Shown here in pieces: positions 12,786 to 24,612 of a DNA stretch of 64,000 nt. How positions within the stretch are numbered: the stretch's first letter is position 1; the number at the start of each line of letters is the position of its first letter. The position numbers and the translations under genes are program-made. The stretch comes from Felis catus. Taxonomy: Eukaryota. The notes under the pieces were generated by a model, which searched no databases, was not told the origin of the DNA, and saw nothing but the letters and a program-made list of their open reading frames with translations. The stretch is taken from assembly GCF_018350175.1 (NCBI RefSeq), contig NC_058368.1, forward strand, positions 12,090,001 to 12,154,000, read 5' to 3'.

Positions 12786-13644
12786 AGCAAATGATCTGTC
12801 AGTTGGTAGTCTAGGTTAGTAGGGATAAGATGGTTTCTATCTTACTGAATGGAGAGAAATGGGGCATTTTTCCAGAGCTCAGGATCAGGGATCTGTGATA
12901 TGCCTGAAACACAGCCCACTTCTCTGTCTGCCCTCAAAGTCTCTGGCATCTATAGAGATTTGGAAGTTCCCAAATTTCCTGGTTGTGCTCTAAGCCTATG
13001 GGTTTGAGAGAGTTTGGGACTCCCGGAATTCCCAAGAATCACAGTCGGGGGAGGGGTCGGAGACGGAGTTCCGTACAGTGTGGTTTTGGTTCTGAAATCC
13101 TGCCGTGGAAGGAGGCTAAGACTATGCCACATCCTGTGTTAGCTGGAACACACAGGGTAACTGAGTATTGGTCCAGGCGTCTCCTCAGGACAAGAGCTTC
13201 GTGTGGGGTGCTGGGAAGATTCACCTGCTACTATGATGCCCTGCATGGAATGCTGACATTTCCAGCACTCCAGGAGAGCCACCAGAATTTGTGACTGCTA
13301 AGTTGGCAATACTTTTGGAGTGAAGACCTGGCTTTGAATCCCAGGACTTGAGCTAGGTGAAGGAGTCAAAGTCATAAGAAAACACCTATCTTTGCCTTTG
13401 AAAGAGAAAATGCTCCCAGTTCAGCCAAAATGAAATAAAATTGTTCTTGTTGCTGTTGTTTCGAATCCATGGCTTTTGGTACAACAGTAGTTTTGCATCG
13501 TCTTCGTGCAGTTCTATTGCTCTTAACTGGGAGCCCCCTCCTCCCTTCCCTGAGCACGGTGCAACCTCCTATCTCACACAGGTTCCTTTTATTTTCGGAA
13601 GGTCCTTCCATTGTGGCCTGATGCCATAGTTGTCACATTCATGG

Positions 13645-13810
13645 GCCCTATTAAAACCAGATTTCACCCTTGATCTTGATGGATCCGGGGTCTGGGGTGG
13701 GGATGTATACTTTAAAAACAATTTTACAGACATATAATTCACGAGGGTACTGTACTTTAAGCAGCACCTCTGGTGATTCTGATGAGCAGCAAGGTTTGGG
13801 GACCACTGGC
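13645..13810. mobile_element. MER5-family MITE with a ~50 bp internal insertion
   Basis: GGTCTGGGGTGGGG...GGTGATTCTGATG...AGGTTTGGGGACCACTG. Confidence 0.75.
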
Positions 13811-13829
13811 CTGAGAAGGAAATCAGCCA

Positions 13830-15100
13830 GACCCAGCACTGCTCCAGGAGATACAGAGGGAACAAGTCTACCAAAAAAATAATAATAATAATTCCCATTC
13901 TCATGAAACTTGCATTCTAGTCAGGTAATGATAGTCTAGTTCAGTAGGTAAATGAGATCAGCACGTAATGATAATCTATTTCAGTAGGTAAATTTCAGAT
14001 GCTGAGAAGTACTACGGATAAAACAGGGTCACGTGAAATAGAGGGGCTCTGGAAGATACTTTAGCTGGAATCTGGGAAGATGCTCTGAGCAAGGAGAAAC
14101 CTGAATGATGAAAAGAAGCAGCCGTGTGAGGAGAGAGGGAAGATGGTTCCAGCCAGACGTAATATCTGGTGCTAAGGCCCTAGGGAAGGATGAGCTTGGC
14201 AGGTGCAGGGGCGGAAAGCAGTCCAGGTGGCTGGAACATGGCAGGTGGGAGGAAGAGCGGGAGAAGGTGAAAGTTCAGGAGCAGGCATGCAGGCCCTGTG
14301 GGTCTGAGAGTTTGAGTTTTATGATAATCGTAATGGGAAACCCCTAGAATATTTTCAGCAGAGGAGCGACGTGATGTTGCTTATGAAGATCATATGGCTG
14401 CGTGTGAAGAATAGACTTGTGAAGAGGAAGCGCTGTTGCAGAAATCTAGGTGAGAGATAATGGGGGTTGGGTTAGGGTTGTGCCAATGGAGATGGGGAGA
14501 AGTGGTTGGATTTGGGATTGGTTTTATAGGCACAACCTATTAATGGATTAGATATTGAGTATAAGAAAAAGAGAGGATTCAAAGATAACTCCTAGGGTTT
14601 TGGACTGATCAAATCAACAGAAGACTCAGGGGGTGAAATGGCAGATTTGGCTGTGTTGGTTTTGAGGGTGCCTATCGGACATCCAAGTCAAGAAGTGAAT
14701 AGGCAGTTGGCTGTGCAAGTGTGCATCCGATGGAAGAGTTCTGGGCTGGAAACGCACATTTGAGAGTAAACAGTGTGGACGGTCTGCCAGGCTGTAGGAC
14801 CAGATAACGTGGTGGAGAGTATAGACCCGGAAGAAGACCACGGACCCAGGATGACTCCAACATTCGAGGTTTGGTGTAGGAGGCTGAGAGTAGGATATGG
14901 ACAGGGGTGAGCACGCGGTAGAAGAGAACCATGGGGATGCGTTATAGGAGCCAGACAAGGCAGTGTTTAAGGAGGGAGTGGCCAGCCTTGCTGCTGCTGA
15001 GACAATGAGTAAAAATGCAGAGAGAACTGACCAATGCTCTGGTCAACATGCAGGTGTTAAGTGGCCCCACTAAGCATTGTGTTAATGATATGACAAAAGC
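13830..15100 (-). mobile_element. Long L2 fragment
   Basis: Purine-rich antisense L2 pattern (GGAGATGGGGAGAAGTGGTTGGATTTGGG; CATCCAAGT...GAATAGGCAGTTGG). Confidence 0.88.
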
Positions 15101-15850
15101 ATAACGTTGGCAAGATGAAAATAAAGTCCCTTGTCCTAGTTCTATAAGAATAGTTGCTTCTGCATTTTGGGGAAGCCTAAGCCATCAAAGATAGAGCTTG
15201 GGATCGGGGGTGGGGGGGGGGCATAGTGGGGGCAGTCAGGAAGACTCGCAAAAGAGAGATGATTCCCTCAGGACAGGAAGGGACAGAGACCAGAGGGTGG
15301 AGGACTGGCTGCCCCTCAGAGACAAGGGCTGGTGGAGGCTCCACACCTCCAGGACTTGGCAGAGATTCTGTGCTTCACCTGTGGGATGGAAGGCAAGAAC
15401 TTCAAGAGACCACACAAACTTGGGTCTGAGAGTACCACAGCACCTATCATAGACTGGAGGTAAAGGGCCTTCACTCCATTTTCCAGGAAGTTCTTAAGCC
15501 TCCTGGATTCTAGAGCAGGAATTCGGAGAGTGGATTTCTTCTAATCCATTGGGATAGACCTTAATTCAGAATTAAGATGACCTAGATAGAGTGATATTTC
15601 CTTTGCACCTGAGATTGTGGACTGAAATTCATTTCCACTAAGCTCTACAGTTTTCTTCAATCTCTTTCTCTCCTCAATGAAAAGCAGTATAATTAACTTA
15701 CACATATCAGAGCATAGGGGTTTATAGAGCATTGTGATAAAAAAATGCAAAACACTTTGAAAAGTTATAAACACCAAATAAATGGAAAGGAAGAGAGAGC
15801 AATGCCCTGCTCAGAAAGAAAACCACTTTCTTATTAAATCAGAAAGCTCC

Positions 15851-16072
15851 CGGGGCGCCTGGGTGGCTCAGTCGGTTAAGTCGCCGACTTCGGCTCAGGT
15901 CATGATCTCGCAGTCCGTGAGTTCAAGCCCCGCGTCGGGCTCTGTGCTGACAGCTCAGAGCCTGGAGCCTGTTTCGGATTCTGTGTCTCCCTCTCTCTGA
16001 CCCTCCCCCGTTCATGCTCTGTCTCTCTCTGTCTCAAAAATAAATAAACGTTAAAAAAAATTAAAAAAAAAA
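15851..16072 (+). mobile_element. Young CanSINE
   Basis: CpGs retained; perfect 16-bp TSD TAAATCAGAAAGCTCC. Confidence 0.99.
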
Positions 16073-17027
16073 TAAATCAGAAAGCTCCAATAAACCTGAG
16101 ACCAGGAAAAACTAGAGTGAGTAACTCTTTAATAGCGTATGATCAACAATATTAGCTTGAAAATGTTAATATCTTTTATCATCAGAAGTCTCTGGAGAGC
16201 AGAAGCTAGTATGGAGCCCAGCTAAATAAGTCATCATCTTTGTGTTGCGATGTTTCGTTCAACAAAAAGAAGGGAGGGGAGAAAGGAGGGCAAAAGGTTG
16301 TTTTCTTTACCTCCTTTGTGAAATTCTTTTTTTCTTTGCATTTTTTTTTCCCCTGTGCTAAGGGTTGTCCTTTCGCTTTTTTTCTTTTCTCTTTTCTTTT
16401 TGTCTTTTGTTAATTTCCTTTGTGAAATTCTATCCTGCATCCTAATAACGTAAACACTCCTGGGGAGAGTAGGGAAGAGCAGTTTATCATTTATATTTAT
16501 ACTTGGCTCTGTCTAAGGACTTGAGCAGATTTGCCAGAAAGTGTAAACTCGGTGAGCAGTTAGAGGAAGCTCCCTGCTTGGGAAAAAGTACCTCCTCTTG
16601 CCCCCAAACAATCTGGAGTGATGAGAATAAACTTGGGCTACTTTGCAATCTGGCTCAGGGCATTTCAATCAGTATCAGACCAATCTGCTGTCGATGCCCA
16701 CGGTAATTTGATAATTTCTACAAGAAACGGTTCAGAGTCTCATCCTACACTCCAGAGTTCAGGCTGCAATCCCCACACAGTTTAATTTTTAGAGGGTCTT
16801 TTTTTTTTTTTTTTTTTGCCTGGAGGCATTCTTTAGGTTGGTGGCCATGCTCACTTGAGCAAGGGCGATCCTGCACGTCGCAGTTGCAGTGTCCAAGCAA
16901 GAAAAAAGTCCAGAGCAAGCATTAATCAGGTGTGAATATCGCGGATGAGAAAATTGTCGGGGCTGGCGTGCAGCGGCGGAGCGGCATCTGTCTAGTGTTT
17001 GCTGGATCACCAAGCCCAGGAGGATGG

Positions 17028-17071
17028 GTTGCCTAGCAGCTCCCAGTCACTTCTGGCCAGCGCTAGGCAAC
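17028..17071. promoter_or_regulatory. Paired RFX X-box-like sites in inverted orientation
   Basis: GTTGCCTAGCAGC and GCTAGGCAAC, close to the X-box GTTGCCTAGCAAC, in non-repetitive CpG-containing DNA. Confidence 0.5.
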
Positions 17072-17210
17072 AAGATGCAAGCTGTCATTGGCAGGCGTCC
17101 GTGTGTTCTCCCGGTGTTTAGAAAACATGCAGGTATTTCAGAAGCATCTAATTATCTTTGGTCTCATTCACTTCACTCTGTGCCTCAGGTTTCCCATCTC
17201 AGTGTCCTCT

Positions 17211-17236
17211 CCCCCCCCCCCCCCCCCCCCCCCCCC
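17211..17236. repeat. C26 homopolymer
   Basis: Direct count. Confidence 0.95.
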
Positions 17237-17371
17237 GCCAGAGGTCCAGATGCTCTTCTCACATAGGAGAGGACCTAGACCTTGCAGGAAATTGTTCACG
17301 CATTGCAGAGAACAGCAAAATGAGAATTTGTCTCTCTGGGTATATGAAGCCAGCTCTCTGTGGTCATTTTC

Positions 17372-17606
17372 TTTTTTTTCTTTTCTTAATGTTTATTTAT
17401 TTATTTATTTATTTTTGAGAGAGAGAGAGAGAGAGACAGAGAATAAGTGAGGGAGGGGCAGAGAGAAAGGGAGACACAGAAGCCAAAGCACGCTTCAGGC
17501 CCTGAGCTGTCAGCACAGAGCCCAACACAGGGCTCGAATTCATGAACTGCTAGATCATGATCTGAGCCGAAGCTGGAAGCTCAATCAGCTGAGCCACCAG
17601 GCACCC
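17372..17606 (-). mobile_element. CanSINE (tandem pair, copy 1)
   Basis: Full SINE; TSD CTCTGTGGTCATTTTC. Confidence 0.97.
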
Positions 17607-17622
17607 CTCTGTGGTCATTTTC

Positions 17623-17848
17623 TTTTCTTTTTTTTAAAAAATTTTTTTTTAATGTTTATTTATGTTTGAGACAGAGAGAGAGCATGAACGGGGGAGGGCC
17701 AGAGAGAGAGAGACACACAGAATCTGAAGCAGGCTCCAGGCTCTGAGCTGCCAGCACAGAGCCCGACGCGGGGCTCGAACTCACAGACCCTGAGATCATG
17801 ACCTGAGCTGAAGTCGGACGCTTAACCGACTGAGCCACCCAGGCGCCC
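17623..17848 (-). mobile_element. CanSINE (tandem pair, copy 2, younger-looking)
   Basis: Full SINE with CpGs retained; same TSD. Confidence 0.98.
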
Positions 17849-18120
17849 CTCTGTGGTCATTTTCAAGGCTCCTCACCCACATACAAATTGTTAGATGTGC
17901 AAAGAAAAATTCACTGATGGATGGCTGGGGAAACCAGGAGCCTTTTTTTATTGTGTGAGCAGCCATTCTACTACCTTCTTGCTCCCTCAAGAAAAGGAGA
18001 GACAAGGATGTGGTGGGGCAGGTCTCTGATATTCGTGGCCAACTGAGCAATAGTCTTTCTTGTGCGCTTTCTCTGTGTTAATCCTTTTTTGACTTTTTAT
18101 TTCTCATGATAACCCCATTG

Positions 18121-18250
18121 TTTCTTTTTTTAAAGATTATTTATTTATTTTGAGAGAAAGAGAGAGAGACAGAAATAAAGCATGAGTGGGGAGAGGGGCA
18201 GAGAGAGAGGGAGATAGATAATCCCAAGCAGGTTCCGCACTATCAGTGCC
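18121..18250 (-). mobile_element. 5'-truncated CanSINE
   Basis: Tail and (GA)n present up to GCACTATCAGTGC; head missing. Confidence 0.9.
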
Positions 18251-18295
18251 TCTAAAGTGCTTCTTCAGAAACTGGGTTGAAAAAAAATATGATAT

Positions 18296-18357
18296 ATGAT
18301 ATATCTATATCTATATCTATATCTATCTATCTATCTATCTATCTACGTATCTATCTC
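18296..18357. repeat. (ATATCT)n/(ATCT)n microsatellite
   Basis: Direct reading. Confidence 0.95.
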
Positions 18358-19822
18358 AATCCTTCCTAGCATCACAGTGCCCAACTCCCTAATTAGGAAC
18401 CTGGAAACAAACAGAGGAGATCAGGTGACTCTGAGAATGGAAAGAGGTGGGGAGGAAGAATCAAGAGGCTTGGTTTAAGGTCAAAGTGAGTAAGGTGAGA
18501 ATTTACACAAATACAAGCTATCTCTTCATTTGTAAAACAGCTCCCTTAAAAGTTCACTGCTTTTGAATAGGAGTTTTATGACATTTGGTTCTTCTAAGGT
18601 CTGGGCACCATCCCCTATACACATGTACACACACACACACACGCACGCACACTCTGTGGCTTCATTAAGTTATTGACTCTCAGACCACCTATGAAGGGTA
18701 TTATATTAGGCAATGACTCAAACTTTAATATGCATGTAAATCATCTTGTCAAAATTCAGATTCTTGGATGGGGCTGGCAGATTGAGGCTGGGGCCCAAGT
18801 GTTACCACTTTGGGTAGCAAGGCTGTTGCAGCTTCTTGACTGGAGAAGGAATTGGGCCTGAAGACCTCACAGGTCTTTCCTGGCTCTTACTTGGGACCAA
18901 AATGTGGCTTAAACGCAAACCATCAAAGGCACAAAAATTAGCAGACTCACTAAATTTCACCCCCTTTGGTTGTCTGGAAAACTCCTTTTCAATATAACTT
19001 AATTTTTTCCCCGGCGGCTATACGATTCGAAGAGACACCTGATACACGGTGTGGAATCTCTGTGAATCTTTGTCACAACTGTTTGAGGTAGCTGTTGTTA
19101 TTTTTATGTCCAAGGCGAGGAAATTGGTGGTAAGCACTGAAGTCAGGGCTGGAACTCCGATCATTTGCCTTCATGTCGTGGATTGTGCCTGCAAACCACA
19201 GAAGAACACTTCGCAGACCCTAGAGAAAGGGATGGGTAGCAGGTGCTTATAAACTCAGCCTTGATAAGTTTGCTGCGGTTGGGACAGATTGTTTGGACTG
19301 GGGGCGGGAGCTGCAGGGAAAGCACAGATCAGTCAACTCTAACGGAAAGCCAAGGAGGTGAGATTGTGTTCAGTGTGACCCTCTCCTCCTGGTGCCTCCC
19401 TTTTCTTGCCTCACTTCCTCTCCCTACACAGCCGCGCACACCGGCATGCTGCCCTCAGCCTGGCCGTGGCGGCCTGGCCTGGCGAGCCCAGCGCGATCGG
19501 GCTGGAATTCATTCAAAATGAGATGTATTTATTTATCTCCTTGTTACCCAGAGGCAATTCGAAGACATTAATAACAATAGGCACTTACCAGAGGAGCTGG
19601 GGAGATATTTGAAAGGAGATTGTTCAGCTTCAAGGACAGAATTTCTAAAAGCGGACTATGAGAGATGTTCATGTGTGTGCGTGGGAGGGGGTTAGGGATG
19701 GGGGAGAGTGCCAGGCGGGAACAGGGCTGCCCGCAGGTGCTCAAACTCACCCCGGGCAGTGCCAGCCCAGGTAGGGGAAGGGCAGGGCCCCCCTCAGCAG
19801 CACCATGCACCATGGCTCCCAA

Positions 19823-20100
19823 AAAGTGCTTGACACCATTTAGAAAAACAAAGTCATACTAGGTGAGTTTATTCAAATGGGTTTGGAAAATGTCCGTGAC
19901 GTGCGAACGCAGGCCGTGGAGAAGTAAACAATGATTAATAGCAATGTCTGCTGGGCTGCTCAAGGGGTCTTCATTACGTTTTATCTAACAGCCTCATTAA
20001 TGACCTAGAAGAGGTAGATGCTAACCGAATTTTAATTAAATTCACGGTGAATATTAAATTGGGAGTGATTGTGAATCTCAGGGAAGGCAGGAAGGCAACC
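19823..20100 (+). mobile_element. CR1/L3 LINE ORF2 reverse-transcriptase fossil
   Basis: KVLDTI*KNKVILGEFIQMGLE (cf. KAFDTVxHxILLxKL) and, after a frameshift, LINDLEEVDANRILIKFTVNIKLGVIVN (cf. FINDLxxGxxxxLxKFADDTKLGGxxN). Confidence 0.8.
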
Positions 20101-20584
20101 TAGGAGTACGCGAGAAGATAAAAGAAAATTCAGTCTTAGCGGGTGAAGAGAAATGCCTTCGAAATGATTTGTGTGGAAGTAATGAGGCTTTCAGAGATTG
20201 GCTTATTGTGCACCAGACACTGCCCCGGGTGCTTTGGAAGTGTGGCTCATTTGTTCTTCCCAGTAACATGACAGGGTAGGTGCAGGTGAGGAGGGGCAGG
20301 AAGGGGTGAAGTGGTTTGCAAAAGGCACACACGTGGCAGATGGTCTAGAAATTTAAAAAAAAAAATCACCTTGGGTCTTTCTATTTTATATTTCTTTTCC
20401 TCTAGAGTAAAACCATGCTTTAAAAATGCTTCTGGTTCTACGGTTTTAGTGGAAATGTGTATTTTGTGTATTAGCCTCAGAATAACCTATTTAAAGAAAT
20501 GCTTTTTCAAAAAGAGATGATCCTAGTATCCATTGCATGACCGCCGTGCATGTGGCCTCCCTTCAGCCTGCTCTAAAAGGGGCA

Positions 20585-20806
20585 GGGGCGCCTGGGTGGC
20601 TCAGTCAGTTAAGCGTCTGACTCTCGATTTTGGCTTGGGTCATGATCTCACAGTTGGTGAATTCAAGCCCCCCATCAGTCTCTGCCCTGACAGTGTGGAG
20701 CCTGCTTCGGATTCCCTCTTTCTCCCTCTCCTTCTCTCTCTGCCCCTCCCCTCCTCGCTCTCGCTCAAAATAAATAAATGAACTTAAAAAATAAAAAAAT
20801 AAAATG
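20585..20806 (+). mobile_element. CanSINE
   Basis: Full SINE, older subfamily (CTCGATTTTGGCT insertion). Confidence 0.97.
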
Positions 20807-22004
20807 AAAGGGCAGCCACCAAGGACTCCACCTACAGAAAGCACTCGGTGTGAGCGGGGGGTCTAATCTGCTTGGGTCACTGCTACGGTGACCCAGCTCC
20901 GAGAAGCGTGCCTGGCATGCAGGAGACATTCAAGAAATGATTAATAAATGCATTTCTATTAGTCCACATTGATTTCCCATCAGCTTCAATTTGGAATTCA
21001 GAAAGCGTTATGTAGCAGTTTTAATGGCAGGGAGGAGGGCTGTGGATGCCAGGTAAGGACGCACCTCCGCTCCACGCACTTACAGGTTTGAGCTGTGGAA
21101 CACTTGCTGTTTGTGATGTGTACCATGGGCAAGAAACTCACCAGTTTCCTTGCTCATATGGGAGATGGTGGCCATGACCCCTCTCCTGCCTTCACAGGGT
21201 CTGGGGAATCAAATGAGAGGTGGACTGAAAAGGCATCTGGCAGCCAGGAGGCACAGCATAAATGCTAGTTATCATGCAGTTAGAACCTTACACTGTGTTT
21301 ATCGAATTTAAGATCATCCCTAGGCTACCATTTGGAAAACAATTAAGCTAGTTTAACCACTCAAATGAATTTACTGTAGTACTGAGATAGTCCAAGGTAG
21401 TGTGGCTCATCATTTAGGAACAGATGGTAACAGACTATGCTTTCTTTCCAGGTGAACTTCAGAGCCTTTGGGCACGGGGCCCGGGAATGTCGTTATTGAA
21501 AAGGGTACATGTGGTTGTGACGTTCCACCAGGTTTGAGAAATTCAGGGAAAAGTTGCTTCCTGAGGGGATAGCAGAAAGGGATAGGGCTGGGGGAACAAA
21601 TGGCCAGAAGGCAAGGAAGTGGCCAAGGAGGTCAAACGATGGGGGTTACTGGGGACCTTGATTCTTGGCAGGGAAGAGCTCAGAGGAAACGATGTCAAAG
21701 TCAAGGCCAGGGACTGTGCCTTGCAGGGTGAATACAGGGCCTCCCGTTGCCTAGCTGAGGGCCACTTGGGGTAACTGGTGTCTGTATCAGGAGAAGACGC
21801 AGAATCAGTACTTCCTAGTTCCGATAATTGAAGATTATCTTGCAAATGGAGGTGAGGTATTTGTAGGGTCAGCTTTCATACTGCTGACTGTGTTCCTATA
21901 CCTGGAGAGGTTAATTAGTTCCCCTTTTCACTGTACCCTCTGACCCAGCCATTCCCCCAAGACCAGCGGTGAGTATAAATTGTGGTCACTCGTTGAGTCA
22001 ACAG

Positions 22005-23070
22005 TCATTGGTTGAGCACTTGCCAGGCTCTCTGTGTAGCCCTGGGAATACAAGAGGGAGCAAAACAGACATGTCCTTGCCCTCTTAGAGCTCACGATCA
22101 AGTGGGAGAGATGGATGTGAACGAAGTAATCAAATAAATGCATACACAATTTGAAAATGTCTGTATGTGCCATGAAGAAACGTCTAGGGTCCATGAGAGC
22201 TTATGGCCGGGTGTGGTGTAGTGACAGTGTCTGTGACAGTATTCCTAAAGAAGTGACACTTGAGCTGGTATTAAAAGGCTATTGGAAACTACTAGGTGAA
22301 GGGAGTCAGGGCAAGAGTGTTCTGGGTGGAGGAAGAACTTGTTCAAAAGTGCTCAGCTGTGAGGGATATGTCACAGGAAGACCAGTGTGGCTGACTACAG
22401 TGGAGGCCTGGCAGGGCCCTGCATGCCTCACAGGCTGACTGCAGGGTTTGGGCTGTAGTCTTAAAAGAAATGGGAAACCTTGGAGGTTTGTAAGGAAGAG
22501 TGGCAGTAGGGGTGGGGTGTGTGAGAGAGAAGGAGAGGTTGAGGGCTGTGAGAGAGAGAGAGAGAGGGAGAGAAAGAGAGGCTATGCTAGGGCTGCCATC
22601 ATAAAGTACCACAGACTGAGGGGCTTAAACAACAGAAATTAATTTTCCCACAGTTCTGGAGGCTACAGGAGATGGAGGTGTCAGTAGGGTTGGTTTCTCC
22701 TGAGGCCTCTCTCCTTTACTTGTAGATGGCTGTTTTCTTATGTCCTCATGTGACCTTTCCACGGTGTTATGTCTGTGTCCTCATGTCTTCTTACAGAGAC
22801 ACCAGCCATACTGGATCAGGGCCCACCTAATGACTTTGTTTTAAATGGATTACCTCGTTAAAGACACTGTCTCTAAATACCTTCACGTTCTGAGGTCCTG
22901 GGGGTTAGGACTTCAACATAGAAGCTTGGGGTAGAGGGACACAATTCAGCCCAGAACAGAAGTGTGAGTGGATTTATGTTTGAAAAAGCTTCTCTGGCTG
23001 CTGGATGGTGAATGACTGCAAGGGAGGAGAGCGAAAGCAAGAGGCCCCGTTGAAGCTGCCTTGATAGGCC
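22005..23070 (-). mobile_element. L2 fragment interrupted by MLT1
   Basis: TTGAGCACTTGCCAGGC...GTCCTTGCCCTCTTAGAGCTCAC; resumes at GATTTATGTTTGAAAAAGCTTCTCTGGCTGC. Confidence 0.82.
22583..22958 (-). mobile_element. MLT1A/B-type MaLR solo LTR
   Basis: GCTAGGGCTGCCAT...CTTAAACAACAGAAATT...GGACACAATTCAGCCCAGAACA. Confidence 0.93.
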
Positions 23071-24375
23071 AGGCTTGGCTTGTGCCACGCACCGTGACAT
23101 GGAACACCCGTTCCGGCAGCCTTTCCGCCTCTTGTTAGGACTTCATTGCATGTTCACGCAGAATATTCTAATGCTATGAAAATCTAAACACCGCTCTAGA
23201 AGCTATACTTTTCAAAGTAGTCAGATGAGGGAGTAGAAAATTTTACATTGAAGAAGTACCTCTGTGTTTGAGTTTAAAAAAGAAACCACCCAGCTCCAAA
23301 AGTTCCCCAGTCCTCTAAAGGCGTAAGGGAATGATTTTTGTAACTTAGTTATGAAAACACCAGATAAGTAAAATGATTTTGCATTATTGAGTTTTCTGCT
23401 GAAAAGTCACTTGAAATAAAAATAAGTGAACAGATACTAGTTGTCCTTTAAAATATGGTTCTCTAATTTGTCAGTGTTTTAGAGAAAGAAAGATGAGAGA
23501 AAATGATATCATTTAGCTATCGAAAGCTCATTTTCTTTCTCTATACTTGATTATATAAAAATTTGGAACAGCAAATCTGAACAGATCAGAATTGTCTCCG
23601 GTTCAAATAATGATACTCCCCAGCACATATTCATCATAAGGAGATGCTTCTCTAAATCCCTAAAAGGTAGAAGTATTGAAGCACATCCACAAAATAAGCT
23701 GTGGCCTAGAATGGAGGAGATGACAGATACCAGAATCACTGGTCACTCAACCGTGTCTCCTTTCCAGGCACTGTGCACAAGAGCAGGTCCCAGATAAAGT
23801 TGATGGGCCACCTGCCTCATGATCACTTGGGAAACTTGTCCCACATGCAAATTCTTGAGGCTCATCTCACCCCAAATCCACATGTCTGCACAAGACTCAA
23901 AGTATCAACAACTCTAAGCCATCGGAAAGCTCTCCAGGTGATTGTTCAGCCCAGTAAAGGTTGAGGACCGCTGTCAGAGACAAACGTATACTGTGCTATG
24001 TGGGCAAAAAAGGAAAATCAATTCCTCATGTCTGCCCTGAGGATTTATTATTGGCTGGGGAAACTTCATGGAGATGTGAAGTCATAAGGCAACAACCCAT
24101 CGCATAGAATCTCTTGACTTAAGAGACCACCACTGTCATTTAGCCTAATCCTGTCATTTTGCAAAGGGCAACTAACACAGAGAATGCTTAGGACCCAGGC
24201 CACATGCTTAGGGGGTATGCTGGGGTTTGAATCCAAGTCTCCGGTTCAGCATTTGGTCCACTCTGTGGTGACGTGTTGACTGTTCCCCTTGCATTGCCTC
24301 GAATACATTCAGATGGATACACAGCACATGGTCCTTACAGAGGGGAGGGGGCTAGCTTCCTACATAAGATGCTTG

Positions 24376-24612
24376 GTTTTTGTTTTATTTTTAATTTTTT
24401 TAAAACATTTATTTATTTTTGAGAGACTGAGAGAGCTAGAGCATGAGTGGGGGAGGGTCAGAGAGAGAGACAGAAAAACACAGAACGTGAAGCAGACTCC
24501 AGGCTCTGAGCTGTCAGCACAGAGCCCAATGTGGGGCTCGAACTCACGGTCCACAAGATCATGACCTGAGCCAAAGTCGGATGCTTAACTGACTGAGCCA
24601 CCCAGGTGCCCC
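24376..24612 (-). mobile_element. CanSINE
   Basis: Full reverse SINE. Confidence 0.97.

Noticed and set aside
13925..13993. 29-bp direct repeat with 40-bp period (similar short duplications at ~6573, ~36029 and ~43013)
   Set aside because: Ordinary local duplications, mostly inside or beside old repeats
16789..17013. Minus-strand 74-aa ORF near the X-box pair
   Set aside because: Non-ATG start, ends in poly-Lys from a T tract, no homology recognised
17356..17864. Repeat-spacer-repeat layout suggestive of CRISPR
   Set aside because: The spacers are ~230-bp SINEs and the repeats are TSDs; eukaryotic DNA with no cas genes
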